A stretch of 64,000 nt of DNA from Bacteroidales bacterium (GTDB lineage Bacteria; Bacteroidota; Bacteroidia; Bacteroidales; UBA1715). The notes below the pieces were generated by a model. It did not search any database and was not told where the DNA came from. It saw only the letters and a program-made list of their open reading frames with translations. Positions 1 through 9,113 of the stretch are shown here, in pieces. The position numbers and the translations under genes were made by a program. Position 1 is the stretch's first letter. Each line of letters opens with the position of its first letter. The stretch is taken from NCBI GenBank assembly GCA_017516865.1, contig JAFXAU010000009.1, forward strand, positions 151,498-215,497. The letters are read 5' to 3'.

Positions 1-2363
1 AGAAAATTATTGTAACTTTTTTCACGCTAATTTCATCGTGTTTACTTTACTCTCAATCGTTTGATTACGAATGGTCAGAGGTGACATCAAAATTCATGAG
101 AATAGAGCCTGTTTTGACAGCATATACTAAAGGAGGAGGAGTTGTAGTAGCGACAAAAGAAGGATGGCTCGCCGCATCGGTTGATACAGGTAAAAACTGG
201 ACAATGACATATGATGTAGTCGATGTTACTGAAGATTTATTTACAAAAGAGGCAGATTTTATATATAATCCTACAGTTCTGAACTTTGCTTCAGATTCCC
301 TACACGGGTTGTTTGCCGTCACATATAAAAAAGAAAATAAATTCAAGAATGTATTTCTCTATACTATAGACGGTGGTTTAACGTGGAGTTCTCCTGCGTC
401 CGACATTGATGGAATGGTTTTGAATGTATATTGGACAACAAAATCAGTGTTTGCTGTAATCTTAACAGATGACAACACATTATCTTTATACGCAAGTAAT
501 GATTATGGCGTTTATTGGGAGAAAAGGTATGAGAGCATATCTTCTACATCTTTTACAAACGATTCTAACGTATTTATTGCATTTGTTAATGATTTGTTGG
601 GATATGTGTTTTCAGATGGATCTTATAGTATAACCCAAGATGGCGGTTTAACATGGGAAACAAAGAATATTGATATACGACCTGCATTCCTGTTCCAATT
701 TAATAATGGGCAAATTCTTCTTGTTGTAAGAAACCATATTAATACAAACTTAATTGGTTGTCGAGTAATTAATATGTATGATAGGGAAGTGGGGAGTTCC
801 GAATATTATAATATACCAAAATCAATGTATGATTTAGGCAATGGAAAGATTTGGGCTTCTGTTTCTGGTGGATACAATATAAACAATAATAAAATATCCT
901 CAACTGATAGTTTGAAAACATGGGTGTTTACACAGGAAACCTATATTCCTCCGATTAATAAATTGAATGAATTTATGTCACAATATATTTATAATGGCAA
1001 TATGACAAGTAAACTATTATATATAAAATCTGCTAACGAAATATTTGTGATAGGGACTCAAAATGGTAGATTATATCAAAGCAAAACAGGAGGAAAATCA
1101 TGGGATTATAAAGATTTTAAATGTACTCTATCTCAAATGCAGTTCATATCTGATGATATCATATATATGTTAAGTACAGACTCATTGTTTATATCTTCTG
1201 ATGGTGGCGATTCTTGGGTAGGTATGAAACTTCCTGATGTCAAAGGTTTACGGATGCATTTTTTTACAAAAGATTTTGGCTATGTATATGACGATACCTA
1301 TATTTATATGACAAAAGATGCGGGTAAATCATGGTCTGAATTATATAATAAAAATCTGATGGAGTTTATTCAGAATGGAGGAACTTTCAATGGTTGTTTT
1401 GCAAATGAAAGATTAGGACTATTTAAGAACGAAGATTCTAAAGTTTTTTTATCTGCTAAAGTTGATATTGAAAATGAATCTGTAACAATATCTGCTATAT
1501 CAAATAAAATAGAAGGAACTGGACGGTCTAATATTTTAATCAACTACGTGGATGGACGTTGGATTTTAAAAGATATTATTGTTGGTAACATTTATATCTG
1601 TGATACAAATTATTCATTCCAAAAAGTTGCTGATCGAGAAGACTATGGAATGGGTAATATAATGACCACATCATTGTTAGATTATGGTAATGGTATACTT
1701 GTGCAACCTGTTCTTGGAGAAACCGCAGGGAAAAACGATACTGCAAGAATCAGTCTTGATTATGGAGAGACTTGGAATGCGGAATACTTTCCATCTCCAA
1801 GAGCGTCTTTACTTGAAAAATCAGATAATCCTAATGTAATATACGCCTGTGAAACAAAACGTTATCTTCATGTATATAAGGGCGTTCACAAAATAAAGAA
1901 TGCTGATTTTTCATTTGAGAAGCAAGAAAATGGTACAATAAAATGCTCTATAAGCAATGTAGAAAATCAAAACTATACAGCCAAGATAATTGTAGAGCAA
2001 GTTAATGGAACGAACATCGTTGTGAAAGAAAACTTGGAAATAAAATCGGGAGAATCGTTTGTGATAACATTACCCAAAAACATAGATGCAAATTATATAA
2101 TAAAAGTAGTGCCAGAAGATGATGAAGTATTTGAAACTGTTCAGAGTCAAGAATTTATAGTAAACAACGGTGGTAGTGCCATAGACGCCATTTCTTCGGA
2201 TGATATTCAAATCCGTGTAGTAAATGGCAAAATAGAATGCAGTTGTGAGGATTATGCAATATACAACGTGGCAGGGCAAAAGGTGCAAAATAACGCTTCT
2301 TTGCCATCGGGTACGTATTTTGTGCATTATGGAACGCAAATGAAAAAGGTTGTGGTACAATAA
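1..2363 (+). CDS. BNR/Asp-box repeat beta-propeller protein with T9SS C-terminal sorting domain (5' end cut by window edge)
   Basis: The frame stays open back to nt 3 and encodes KIIVTFFTLISSCLLYSQ. This signal-peptide-like stretch is colinear with the N-terminus of the paralog at 2894, so the listed GTG at 81 is not the real start. There are eight S/TxDxGxxW Asp-box motifs (TIDGGLTW, TQDGGLTW, SSDGGDSW, TKDAGKSW, SLDYGETW and others). The last ~60 aa (DDIQIRVVNGKIE...GTYFVHYGTQMKKVVVQ) look like a Por/T9SS CTD. Confidence 0.75.
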   Translation, partial: KIIVTFFTLISSCLLYSQSFDYEWSEVTSKFMRIEPVLTAYTKGGGVVVATKEGWLAASVDTGKNWTMTYDVVDVTEDLFTKEADFIYNPTVLNFASDSLHGLFAVTYKKENKFKNVFLYTIDGGLTWSSPASDIDGMVLNVYWTTKSVFAVILTDDNTLSLYASNDYGVYWEKRYESISSTSFTNDSNVFIAFVNDLLGYVFSDGSYSITQDGGLTWETKNIDIRPAFLFQFNNGQILLVVRNHINTNLIGCRVINMYDREVGSSEYYNIPKSMYDLGNGKIWASVSGGYNINNNKISSTDSLKTWVFTQETYIPPINKLNEFMSQYIYNGNMTSKLLYIKSANEIFVIGTQNGRLYQSKTGGKSWDYKDFKCTLSQMQFISDDIIYMLSTDSLFISSDGGDSWVGMKLPDVKGLRMHFFTKDFGYVYDDTYIYMTKDAGKSWSELYNKNLMEFIQNGGTFNGCFANERLGLFKNEDSKVFLSAKVDIENESVTISAISNKIEGTGRSNILINYVDGRWILKDIIVGNIYICDTNYSFQKVADREDYGMGNIMTTSLLDYGNGILVQPVLGETAGKNDTARISLDYGETWNAEYFPSPRASLLEKSDNPNVIYACETKRYLHVYKGVHKIKNADFSFEKQENGTIKCSISNVENQNYTAKIIVEQVNGTNIVVKENLEIKSGESFVITLPKNIDANYIIKVVPEDDEVFETVQSQEFIVNNGGSAIDAISSDDIQIRVVNGKIECSCEDYAIYNVAGQKVQNNASLPSGTYFVHYGTQMKKVVVQ

Positions 2364-2375
2364 AAAGATAAAACT

Positions 2376-2888
2376 ATGAGGTATAGAAAGAATGGAAAAA
2401 TCCAATATTCCGATTGGAATACAATGGGAGAACAGATAATTCACCCAATAAGTGATGTAGAAGGCACATTGACTAAGATAAGTGAGCCCAATGATGGTAA
2501 ATGTGGAATCTATGAATATCAATATACCGTAGCAAATCAATGTGATTCTCTTACCGCAAGCATTACTTTTGAGGTAGAAAACTGTGATACCACAACGTGC
2601 GAAAACAATGATTTAGTTGTAATAGATGGTAAAACTGGTTATACTTTGGAAGATTTAGATGTTTTGAGAGGATATATACAAGGTGGGGCAACATTACAAC
2701 CAACTGCTGACGGAGGGTTTACAATAACCGTTCACACTAATTGTGGAGAAAGAACATATACGCTCAATAGTTGTTTCCTTGAGAATGCCGATATAAATAA
2801 AGACGGTGTTGTTAACAATGCCGATATTGATAGGTTGGCAGAAATGATGTTAGAGCAAACAAATTGTCAAAACAACCAAAATAATTAG
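2376..2888 (+). CDS. Small Ig-like plus dockerin-like protein, no signal peptide
   Basis: 170-aa ORF. Its N-terminal half (GKCGIYEYQYTVANQCDSLTASITFEVENCD) resembles the Ig-like linker modules of the 5300..8356 protein (GKHTLTYVVAPNGETCGGRDSIEITVTNDCN). The C-terminus has a canonical dockerin/EF-hand-type loop plus helix, DINKDGVVNNADIDRLAEMML (nt 2790-2852), and a degenerate first segment (TLEDLDVLRGYIQG). The 12-nt spacer and the first 14 nt of the ORF are identical to those of the gene at 5300. Confidence 0.5.
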   Translation: MRYRKNGKIQYSDWNTMGEQIIHPISDVEGTLTKISEPNDGKCGIYEYQYTVANQCDSLTASITFEVENCDTTTCENNDLVVIDGKTGYTLEDLDVLRGYIQGGATLQPTADGGFTITVHTNCGERTYTLNSCFLENADINKDGVVNNADIDRLAEMMLEQTNCQNNQNN

Positions 2889-2893
2889 AAGCC

Positions 2894-5287
2894 ATGAGAA
2901 AGATTTTCGTATTATTCTATGCGACAATTATGTCGTGTGTACTTTTTGCACAACAATTTGTGTACGAATGGGAAGATGTTACTCCAGACTATTTCAGTAT
3001 GACAATTACCCAGTCTGCCTGTACAAAAGGAGGGAAAGTTGTTGCAGCAACGCAGGAAGGTTGGCTTGCAGAGTCACCAGATACAGGTAAGACATGGAAT
3101 CCTACCTATAATATAAAAAACATTGTAAGAAATACACTTACAGGTACTGTCGATATTGATTATCAAACGATAGGATTACAATTTGCAAAGGATTCTCTTC
3201 ATGGTATATATACCTCTATGTATGAAGAAAACGAAAAATTTGTTAATAATATACTTTATACGTCAGATGGCGGAAGTGTTTGGAAATCTTCTGATCTTAT
3301 ATTGAATGAATCTGATAAAATTGTAAATACAACGTGGCGGGACGACGAAACGGCTTTTATTACGGTATATAATACAATATCGAATAGATTGTCTATATAT
3401 AGAAGTAATGACAAGGGTATAAATTGGAGTGTCGTTACAACTGACGCATTAGTGCAAGAAATTTCACAAAATGCAAATATATATATGGCATTTGTAAACA
3501 ACCAATTAGGATATATCTTTACAAAAGGCGCATATTGTGTGACTAAAGATGGTGGAGAAACATGGACTGCAGAAAAACTTGGCATAACGCCTGCACATTT
3601 TTTTCAATTTGCAAATGGATATATAATCTTGACTGTAGAAAATCGGATTAACAAAACATTAGATGGTTGCCGAATAATAAATATGTATGATGGTGGTAAT
3701 AGTGTGGTTGCATATTACTATGTTCCCCAATCCATGTATGATTTAGGAGATGGAAAGGTATGGGCTTCAGTGTCTGGAGGGCAAAACGGAGATAGTAAAA
3801 TTATGTCTTATGATAGTATGAAAACATGGCAAGTTACGAATGAAATATATACCCCCTCCTCGGATATAACAACCAAAGCTCTAAATAATACTCGTTATTC
3901 TTATATCTACAATGGAAACATGAAAGGGAAAGATATATTTGTAAAATCAAAAAACGAGATTTTTATAATTGGAGAAAAGAAAGGTAGATTGTTTTATACG
4001 TTTGATGGAGGGAAAAGATGGTCGTACAAAGATTTTAATACAACATTATATACAATGCAATTTATTTTCGATGATATTATTTACATGTCCAGTACCGATA
4101 GTTTATTTATATCACGAGATGGAGGAAAATCTTGGATAGGAAAAAACATGAATTTATATGGCATATATGGACAAACGAGAATGAAGTTTTTTACAGAATC
4201 GTTCGGCTATATTTATGACGAATACTATCTCTACCAAACATTAGACGGCGGTAATTCATGGAATCGTATTGGATTTATTGATGACGACGATTTCTTAAAC
4301 TATGATGGAACGTTAAATGGTTATTTTGCAAACAATCATCTTGGATTATTTCGCAGTGCAAATTCAAAGACAATTTTAGTTACACATGTCAATTCCCCCA
4401 AAAGCAATATGACGTGTTCGTTACTTTCAGAGGATAAAGAAAATAGAACCCCTTTTTTAAGTATAATGTTTTATGATGACAAATGGATTTTAACAGATAA
4501 ATTTTATGGGTATATTTACACGTGTGACACTATTAGTTTTGACCTACAAAAAAAATGGTATGGCGAAAATTACACACCTGTACAACAATATTCGTCAATA
4601 TTGCCCTTTTCAAAAAATACATTAGTATTGCCGATGTTATCAGAAAATCCTGCATACACAAACGATAAAGTCATTGTATCTACAGATGGAGGTAACACTT
4701 GGAACATAGAACAAGCTTTATTCCCATGTGCATCAAAAGTTCAGAACGCAAATGATAATACTTTGTATGCAATTCCGACTGATTATAATATTCGAATCTA
4801 TAAAGGTATCCATAAAGTAAAAAACTCCGATTTCTCATTTGAAAAGCAAGAAAACGGTACAATCCAATGCTCCATAAGCAATGCAGAAAATCAAACCTAT
4901 ACTGCAAAGGTTTTAGTAGAGCAAGTCAATGGCACAACTATAGTGGTGCAAGATAATGTGGAAATAAAATCGGGAGAAGCGTTTGTTATTACATTGCCAC
5001 AAAATATAACTGCAAACTATGTTATAAAAGTAATTCCAGAGGACGAGGAGGTTTATGAGATGGTACAGAGCCAAGAATTTATTGTAAATGGCGGTGGCAG
5101 TGCCATAGACCCTGTTTTTGCAGATGATATTCAAATCCGTGTTGTAAACGGAAAAATAGAATGCAGTTGTGAGGAATATGCAATATACAACGTGGCAGGG
5201 CAAAAGGTGCAAAATAATGTTTCCATGCCATCGGGTACGTATTTTGTGCATTGTGGAACGCAAGTGAAAAAGGTTGTGGTACAATAA
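2894..5287 (+). CDS. BNR/Asp-box repeat beta-propeller protein with signal peptide and T9SS C-terminal sorting domain (paralog of 1..2363)
   Basis: Signal peptide MRKIFVLFYATIMSCVLFAQQ. Eight Asp-box motifs (TSDGGSVW, TKDGGETW, SRDGGKSW, TLDGGNSW, STDGGNTW and others). The C-terminal ~180 aa are nearly identical to the end of the first paralog. Confidence 0.8.
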   Translation: MRKIFVLFYATIMSCVLFAQQFVYEWEDVTPDYFSMTITQSACTKGGKVVAATQEGWLAESPDTGKTWNPTYNIKNIVRNTLTGTVDIDYQTIGLQFAKDSLHGIYTSMYEENEKFVNNILYTSDGGSVWKSSDLILNESDKIVNTTWRDDETAFITVYNTISNRLSIYRSNDKGINWSVVTTDALVQEISQNANIYMAFVNNQLGYIFTKGAYCVTKDGGETWTAEKLGITPAHFFQFANGYIILTVENRINKTLDGCRIINMYDGGNSVVAYYYVPQSMYDLGDGKVWASVSGGQNGDSKIMSYDSMKTWQVTNEIYTPSSDITTKALNNTRYSYIYNGNMKGKDIFVKSKNEIFIIGEKKGRLFYTFDGGKRWSYKDFNTTLYTMQFIFDDIIYMSSTDSLFISRDGGKSWIGKNMNLYGIYGQTRMKFFTESFGYIYDEYYLYQTLDGGNSWNRIGFIDDDDFLNYDGTLNGYFANNHLGLFRSANSKTILVTHVNSPKSNMTCSLLSEDKENRTPFLSIMFYDDKWILTDKFYGYIYTCDTISFDLQKKWYGENYTPVQQYSSILPFSKNTLVLPMLSENPAYTNDKVIVSTDGGNTWNIEQALFPCASKVQNANDNTLYAIPTDYNIRIYKGIHKVKNSDFSFEKQENGTIQCSISNAENQTYTAKVLVEQVNGTTIVVQDNVEIKSGEAFVITLPQNITANYVIKVIPEDEEVYEMVQSQEFIVNGGGSAIDPVFADDIQIRVVNGKIECSCEEYAIYNVAGQKVQNNVSMPSGTYFVHCGTQVKKVVVQ

Positions 5288-5299
5288 AAAGATAAAACT

Positions 5300-8200
5300 A
5301 TGAGGTATAGAAATAAAATAGGAATAACAATCGTCGCACTACTTTTGGCGGTGCTCGGTTCGTATGCCCAAAACCTCGAAATAACAGGTTCGTCGATAGA
5401 TTGCAGGGAATCTTCCTCGTCGGTTGATTATCTGCCATACGGGATTTTAAGACCTGGTGCTCACTCTACGTATGAGTGGAGCATTGAGGGCGGAGCGGAT
5501 TTCATCACATCAAATACTGCAACTGGTACTGGCGTAATGGTTCGCTTCTTAGAGGGTACGGGAACAGTCACCATTCGTGTTACGGAACGTATCGGAAGCA
5601 GAATAGTGGGAACAACGGTAAAAGAAATTTCAAAGAATATACGCCCCACAATGGTTTCCGTTGACGGTCCCACAGGTTGGGGTGCAGTATGTTTAGAGCA
5701 AAAAGGAGTGGTTTATACGGCAACGGCAAACAACGCACAATCTTTCACGTGGACGGTTCCCGAAGGTAACACATTGGTGTCGCAAAGTGGCAATACAGCC
5801 GTTGTTGATTTCCACGGCGTTGCAGGAAATATGGTTGTATGTGCCCAAAACGGAGAGGGTTGCGTTTCGCACAATTGTCTGCATCCGTACATTGCTCCCA
5901 TTGGCGAATGTCAGCAACCACAACAATGTGAAATGGTTATTTCGGCAGAAAACAAGTCGGTATGTCAAAACGATGTTTTTGATGTCGCACTTTCAATGTC
6001 CGATGTGGAATGCTATTGTGTAAACAGCATGTTTTTCTCGGTACGCTATAATTCGTCTGTTCTCCAACTTGAAGGAGTAAATTCCCAATCCAACTTTGTC
6101 CGTTTCAAAGATTGTGGCAATGGAATGGTAAGTGCAATAATCAGCGTGGAAAATGGAACAGGATTCAGAGGTGGCAATATTGGTACGCTACGGTTTAAGG
6201 CGTTAGAATCAGGAACATCTGACATTACGCCTATAAGTTTTGAATATACAGGTTCTGGCGATAGTGAAGAACCTACCGTTACGTTCGTCAATGGTGTTGT
6301 AACGGTTGCACCAAGCACAGAGGTTCAAATTTCACCAACCGTATCGGAGATTGCAAAAGGCGAAACCGTTGCACTGCAAGCCACACCGACAGGCGGAACG
6401 TGGCAAGGCGACGGCATTTCGGGTTCCACGTTCAACTCGGCTACTGTTGGCGTAGGCAAACATACGCTAACATACGTTGTAGCCCCCAACGGAGAAACGT
6501 GTGGTGGTCGTGACAGCATTGAAATTACTGTTACAAACGACTGCAATTTCAGATTTATACTCCCCGACACGGTACTTTGTGAGCCAGCGGGATTAGTTAC
6601 CATACCTGTCCGAGTGTCGGATATTTGTGCCTGTATATCGGATGTACATTTTTGTTTGACATACGACACGGCCGTTGTACGTTATGTTGATATTGAAAGC
6701 AACAACAAGACGGTTTATGTAAGGGAAAATGGGAACGTATTGAGTGCCATAGTGTCAAATAACGCCCCTGTCACAACAGAATTTTTGGCATTGCAATTTG
6801 AGGTTGTCGGACAAGGCGAATCGAATATGACTTTGTTCGTAAATGACATTCTTAAAGACGGAAACCTACGGAGTTATACGGCAACAGGAACAATTACCAT
6901 AGGACAATCTCCTGTTGTACAAATAGATGTGCCACAGACATTCTACGAACAAGACACGGCAATAGCACTTACGGCTATTCCTGCAAATGGTCAATGGGTG
7001 GGCGACGGAATAACGGACGGAAACTATTTCAACCCATCTTTGGCAGGAATTGGAACCCATACATTGAAATATGTGGTTTCAGCGTATGACGACTATTGTG
7101 CAGCAGAGGATTCGGTACAAATCGAGGTCAAGTCAAATTGCCGTTGGGAGGTTCTGCAACAAGAATATGACGCATTCGTTGGAGATACCATACAATTTGA
7201 ATTTGGCTTGAATAACCCTGCCAATTGTGGTTGTGTATCAAGTTTGATAGCGACAATACAATATGACAATGAGAAATTGCAGTTTAACGGAGATACCTCA
7301 TATTCGTATTCACAAAGTGGTTTAACTATTAAATCTTGTGAGGGTGGAATCCGATTATTGGTTTCTTCAACAGATATGTTGCCTATTTCGCTTCCGTTTG
7401 TCGCAAAAGCGGAAGGAAACGCCATTGTTCAAGCCGAAGTTGTTGATTTTATCGGCAATATACGTGATGTATTATCTGCACAAAGCAATGTACAGATTGA
7501 AGAAAAGGTTGTAAGAACAATAGAAATAGCCGGTGCTCGTGTTGTCTGCAAATCTAACCAGTGGGAAGATTACCATTGGTTAACCTACACTATTGCCGAA
7601 CCAGCCAGCAACGCACAATATAGTTGGACGGTTACAGGCAATGCACAGATTGGGACACAAACTGCAAACTCCGTTCAGATTCATTTCCTTTCGGGAATGC
7701 AGACTGTTTCGTTGACTGCTCGTGAAATTGTGAATGGAGAGCAAACTGCCGAAACCACAATTGTCATTGAACAGCGCATACGACCAAACAATTTGAACTA
7801 TCAATACTTGGGGGATAACAATGTGTGCAACACAGCCGAGAACGTGATATATACCGTTTCGGGCGACGCTTCGGAATATCATTGGGAAGTTCCTGCAAAT
7901 GCAGAAATCGTTTCTGGTCAAGGAACAAACCAGATAGCGGTCAATTTCAACAGAACATCGGGTAACATTGTTGTTTACGCCCAGAACGGAGAAGGTTGCT
8001 TGAGTTATGGCGGTGTATACTTTCCTGTGAATCTCAATGGTGATTGTCCTCCGCAGGAATATTCTCTAAAATCCTTGACGTTGAGCGACGAGGAACAAGA
8101 CGGAAATGAAGGTACGTCACTTGACGTAGCGGAAACATATTTGAATGTATATCCCCTACCTGTAAAGCATATTTTGACAATATCGACGAATGCAACCGTT

Positions 8201-8356
8201 CAACGAGTAATCGTATATGATGTAGTCGGTGGTATTGTTATGCAAAAACAAAACGTAACTCAAATTGATGTGTCCAACTTACTGGCAGGAAACTACTTTG
8301 TACAAATAGAGACAGACAAAGGCACGTTTACCAAACCGATAGTTGTGGTGAAATAG
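5300..8356 (+). CDS. Scaffoldin-like T9SS surface protein: signal peptide, PKD-like x2, three cohesin-like modules alternating with Ig-like modules, PKD-like x2, T9SS CTD
   Basis: Signal peptide MRYRNKIGITIVALLLAVLGSYAQ. Three ~120-130-aa modules lie at nt 5927-6316, 6542-6905 and 7139-7505. They show a cohesin-like pattern (e.g. AGLVTIPVRVSD..ISDVHFCLTYDTAVVRYVDIE...LALQFEVVGQGES). Between them are Ig-like modules (GGTWQGDGISGSTFNSATVGVGKHTLTYVV). Four VC..Y.......Y.W.VP....V.GQGTN.I.V.F....G...V.A.N.EGC modules flank the core. The C-terminus (LNVYPLPVKHILTIS...AGNYFVQIETDKGTFTKPIVVVK) is a typical type A T9SS sorting domain. Confidence 0.65.
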   Translation: MRYRNKIGITIVALLLAVLGSYAQNLEITGSSIDCRESSSSVDYLPYGILRPGAHSTYEWSIEGGADFITSNTATGTGVMVRFLEGTGTVTIRVTERIGSRIVGTTVKEISKNIRPTMVSVDGPTGWGAVCLEQKGVVYTATANNAQSFTWTVPEGNTLVSQSGNTAVVDFHGVAGNMVVCAQNGEGCVSHNCLHPYIAPIGECQQPQQCEMVISAENKSVCQNDVFDVALSMSDVECYCVNSMFFSVRYNSSVLQLEGVNSQSNFVRFKDCGNGMVSAIISVENGTGFRGGNIGTLRFKALESGTSDITPISFEYTGSGDSEEPTVTFVNGVVTVAPSTEVQISPTVSEIAKGETVALQATPTGGTWQGDGISGSTFNSATVGVGKHTLTYVVAPNGETCGGRDSIEITVTNDCNFRFILPDTVLCEPAGLVTIPVRVSDICACISDVHFCLTYDTAVVRYVDIESNNKTVYVRENGNVLSAIVSNNAPVTTEFLALQFEVVGQGESNMTLFVNDILKDGNLRSYTATGTITIGQSPVVQIDVPQTFYEQDTAIALTAIPANGQWVGDGITDGNYFNPSLAGIGTHTLKYVVSAYDDYCAAEDSVQIEVKSNCRWEVLQQEYDAFVGDTIQFEFGLNNPANCGCVSSLIATIQYDNEKLQFNGDTSYSYSQSGLTIKSCEGGIRLLVSSTDMLPISLPFVAKAEGNAIVQAEVVDFIGNIRDVLSAQSNVQIEEKVVRTIEIAGARVVCKSNQWEDYHWLTYTIAEPASNAQYSWTVTGNAQIGTQTANSVQIHFLSGMQTVSLTAREIVNGEQTAETTIVIEQRIRPNNLNYQYLGDNNVCNTAENVIYTVSGDASEYHWEVPANAEIVSGQGTNQIAVNFNRTSGNIVVYAQNGEGCLSYGGVYFPVNLNGDCPPQEYSLKSLTLSDEEQDGNEGTSLDVAETYLNVYPLPVKHILTISTNATVQRVIVYDVVGGIVMQKQNVTQIDVSNLLAGNYFVQIETDKGTFTKPIVVVK

Positions 8357-8384
8357 AAAAAAACATTTAACCTTGTTCAAAAAA

Positions 8385-8415
8385 ACAGGCAGAAGATAAA
8401 TCTGTCTGTTTTTTA
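8385..8415 (+). terminator. Rho-independent terminator after the scaffoldin-like gene
   Basis: Stem acaggcaga/tctgtctgt (one G-T pair), loop agataaa, followed by a run of six T. Confidence 0.6.
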
Positions 8416-8437
8416 TGGTAGGTTGTCATTCTCTGTT

Positions 8438-8499
8438 CGGTCGGATTTGCAATCCGACCGTAACGAATACCAGCATTTTCTGTCTTCAGCAACAGAAAA
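8438..8499. repeat. REP-like element: type 1 palindrome plus type 4 hairpin
   Basis: The type 1 palindrome cggtcggatt-tgc-aatccgaccg (8438-8460) has a 10-bp stem. It is followed by the tail taacgaataccagcattttc, which is shared with the copies at 18165 and 19942. Then comes the hairpin ttttctgt-cttcagca-acagaaaa (8476-8499). Confidence 0.8.
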
Positions 8500-8922
8500 T
8501 CTGTTCCATTTCTTTCGGCGGCGAAAGAAACGGAACCCAAAGAAAGGCCGCCGACGGACCCGCTCGGCTAAAAATCAATGTCGTTCACTAAAGGCGTTGA
8601 AGTGCCACGCTATCGTTATACTACCCATAACGTACTAAGGCACCAACGCCTTTTTAACGTTCTCTCCATTGATTTTTTTAACGCCGCCCGGCTCAGTCGG
8701 ACTGTCGTGCTGACAAATGTTTTCGTTTTGTGTAACAAAGAAGTACTATTTTCCACCAAACAATAGCGTGGCGACTTTGCAGATGAGCGTTAAAAATTTC
8801 TTTGAATGAAGCGTTAAGAACTCTCGGCTTGGCGGCGAGGCTTTGTGGGGGGCGCCATCCCCGAGAGTTTAGCGGAATGAGAAGAAATTTAGCGAAGATG
8901 CAGCGTCGCCGGCGTTCTTTGG

Positions 8923-9050
8923 TTACTTTCTGTCGCTGAAGACAGAAAGTAACAGAACAAAATGGAACAGAATAAATATGCTATATCTGTTGCGGTCGGA
9001 GGTCGGATTACAAATCCTCATGCACGCAGCGGCTGGATTACAAATCCAGC
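8923..9050. repeat. REP-like cluster: type 4 hairpin plus two ggattacaaatcc palindromes
   Basis: ttactttctgtc-gctgaa-gacagaaagtaa (8923-8952) is a perfect 12-bp stem. ggattacaaatcc lies at 9005-9017 and gctggattacaaatccagc at 9032-9050. Confidence 0.8.
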
Positions 9051-9113
9051 CGAACTGGAGAAGAATTTTAATAAAAAAAAGGAGATTTTTTCAATCTCCT
9101 TTTTTTGTTCTCA

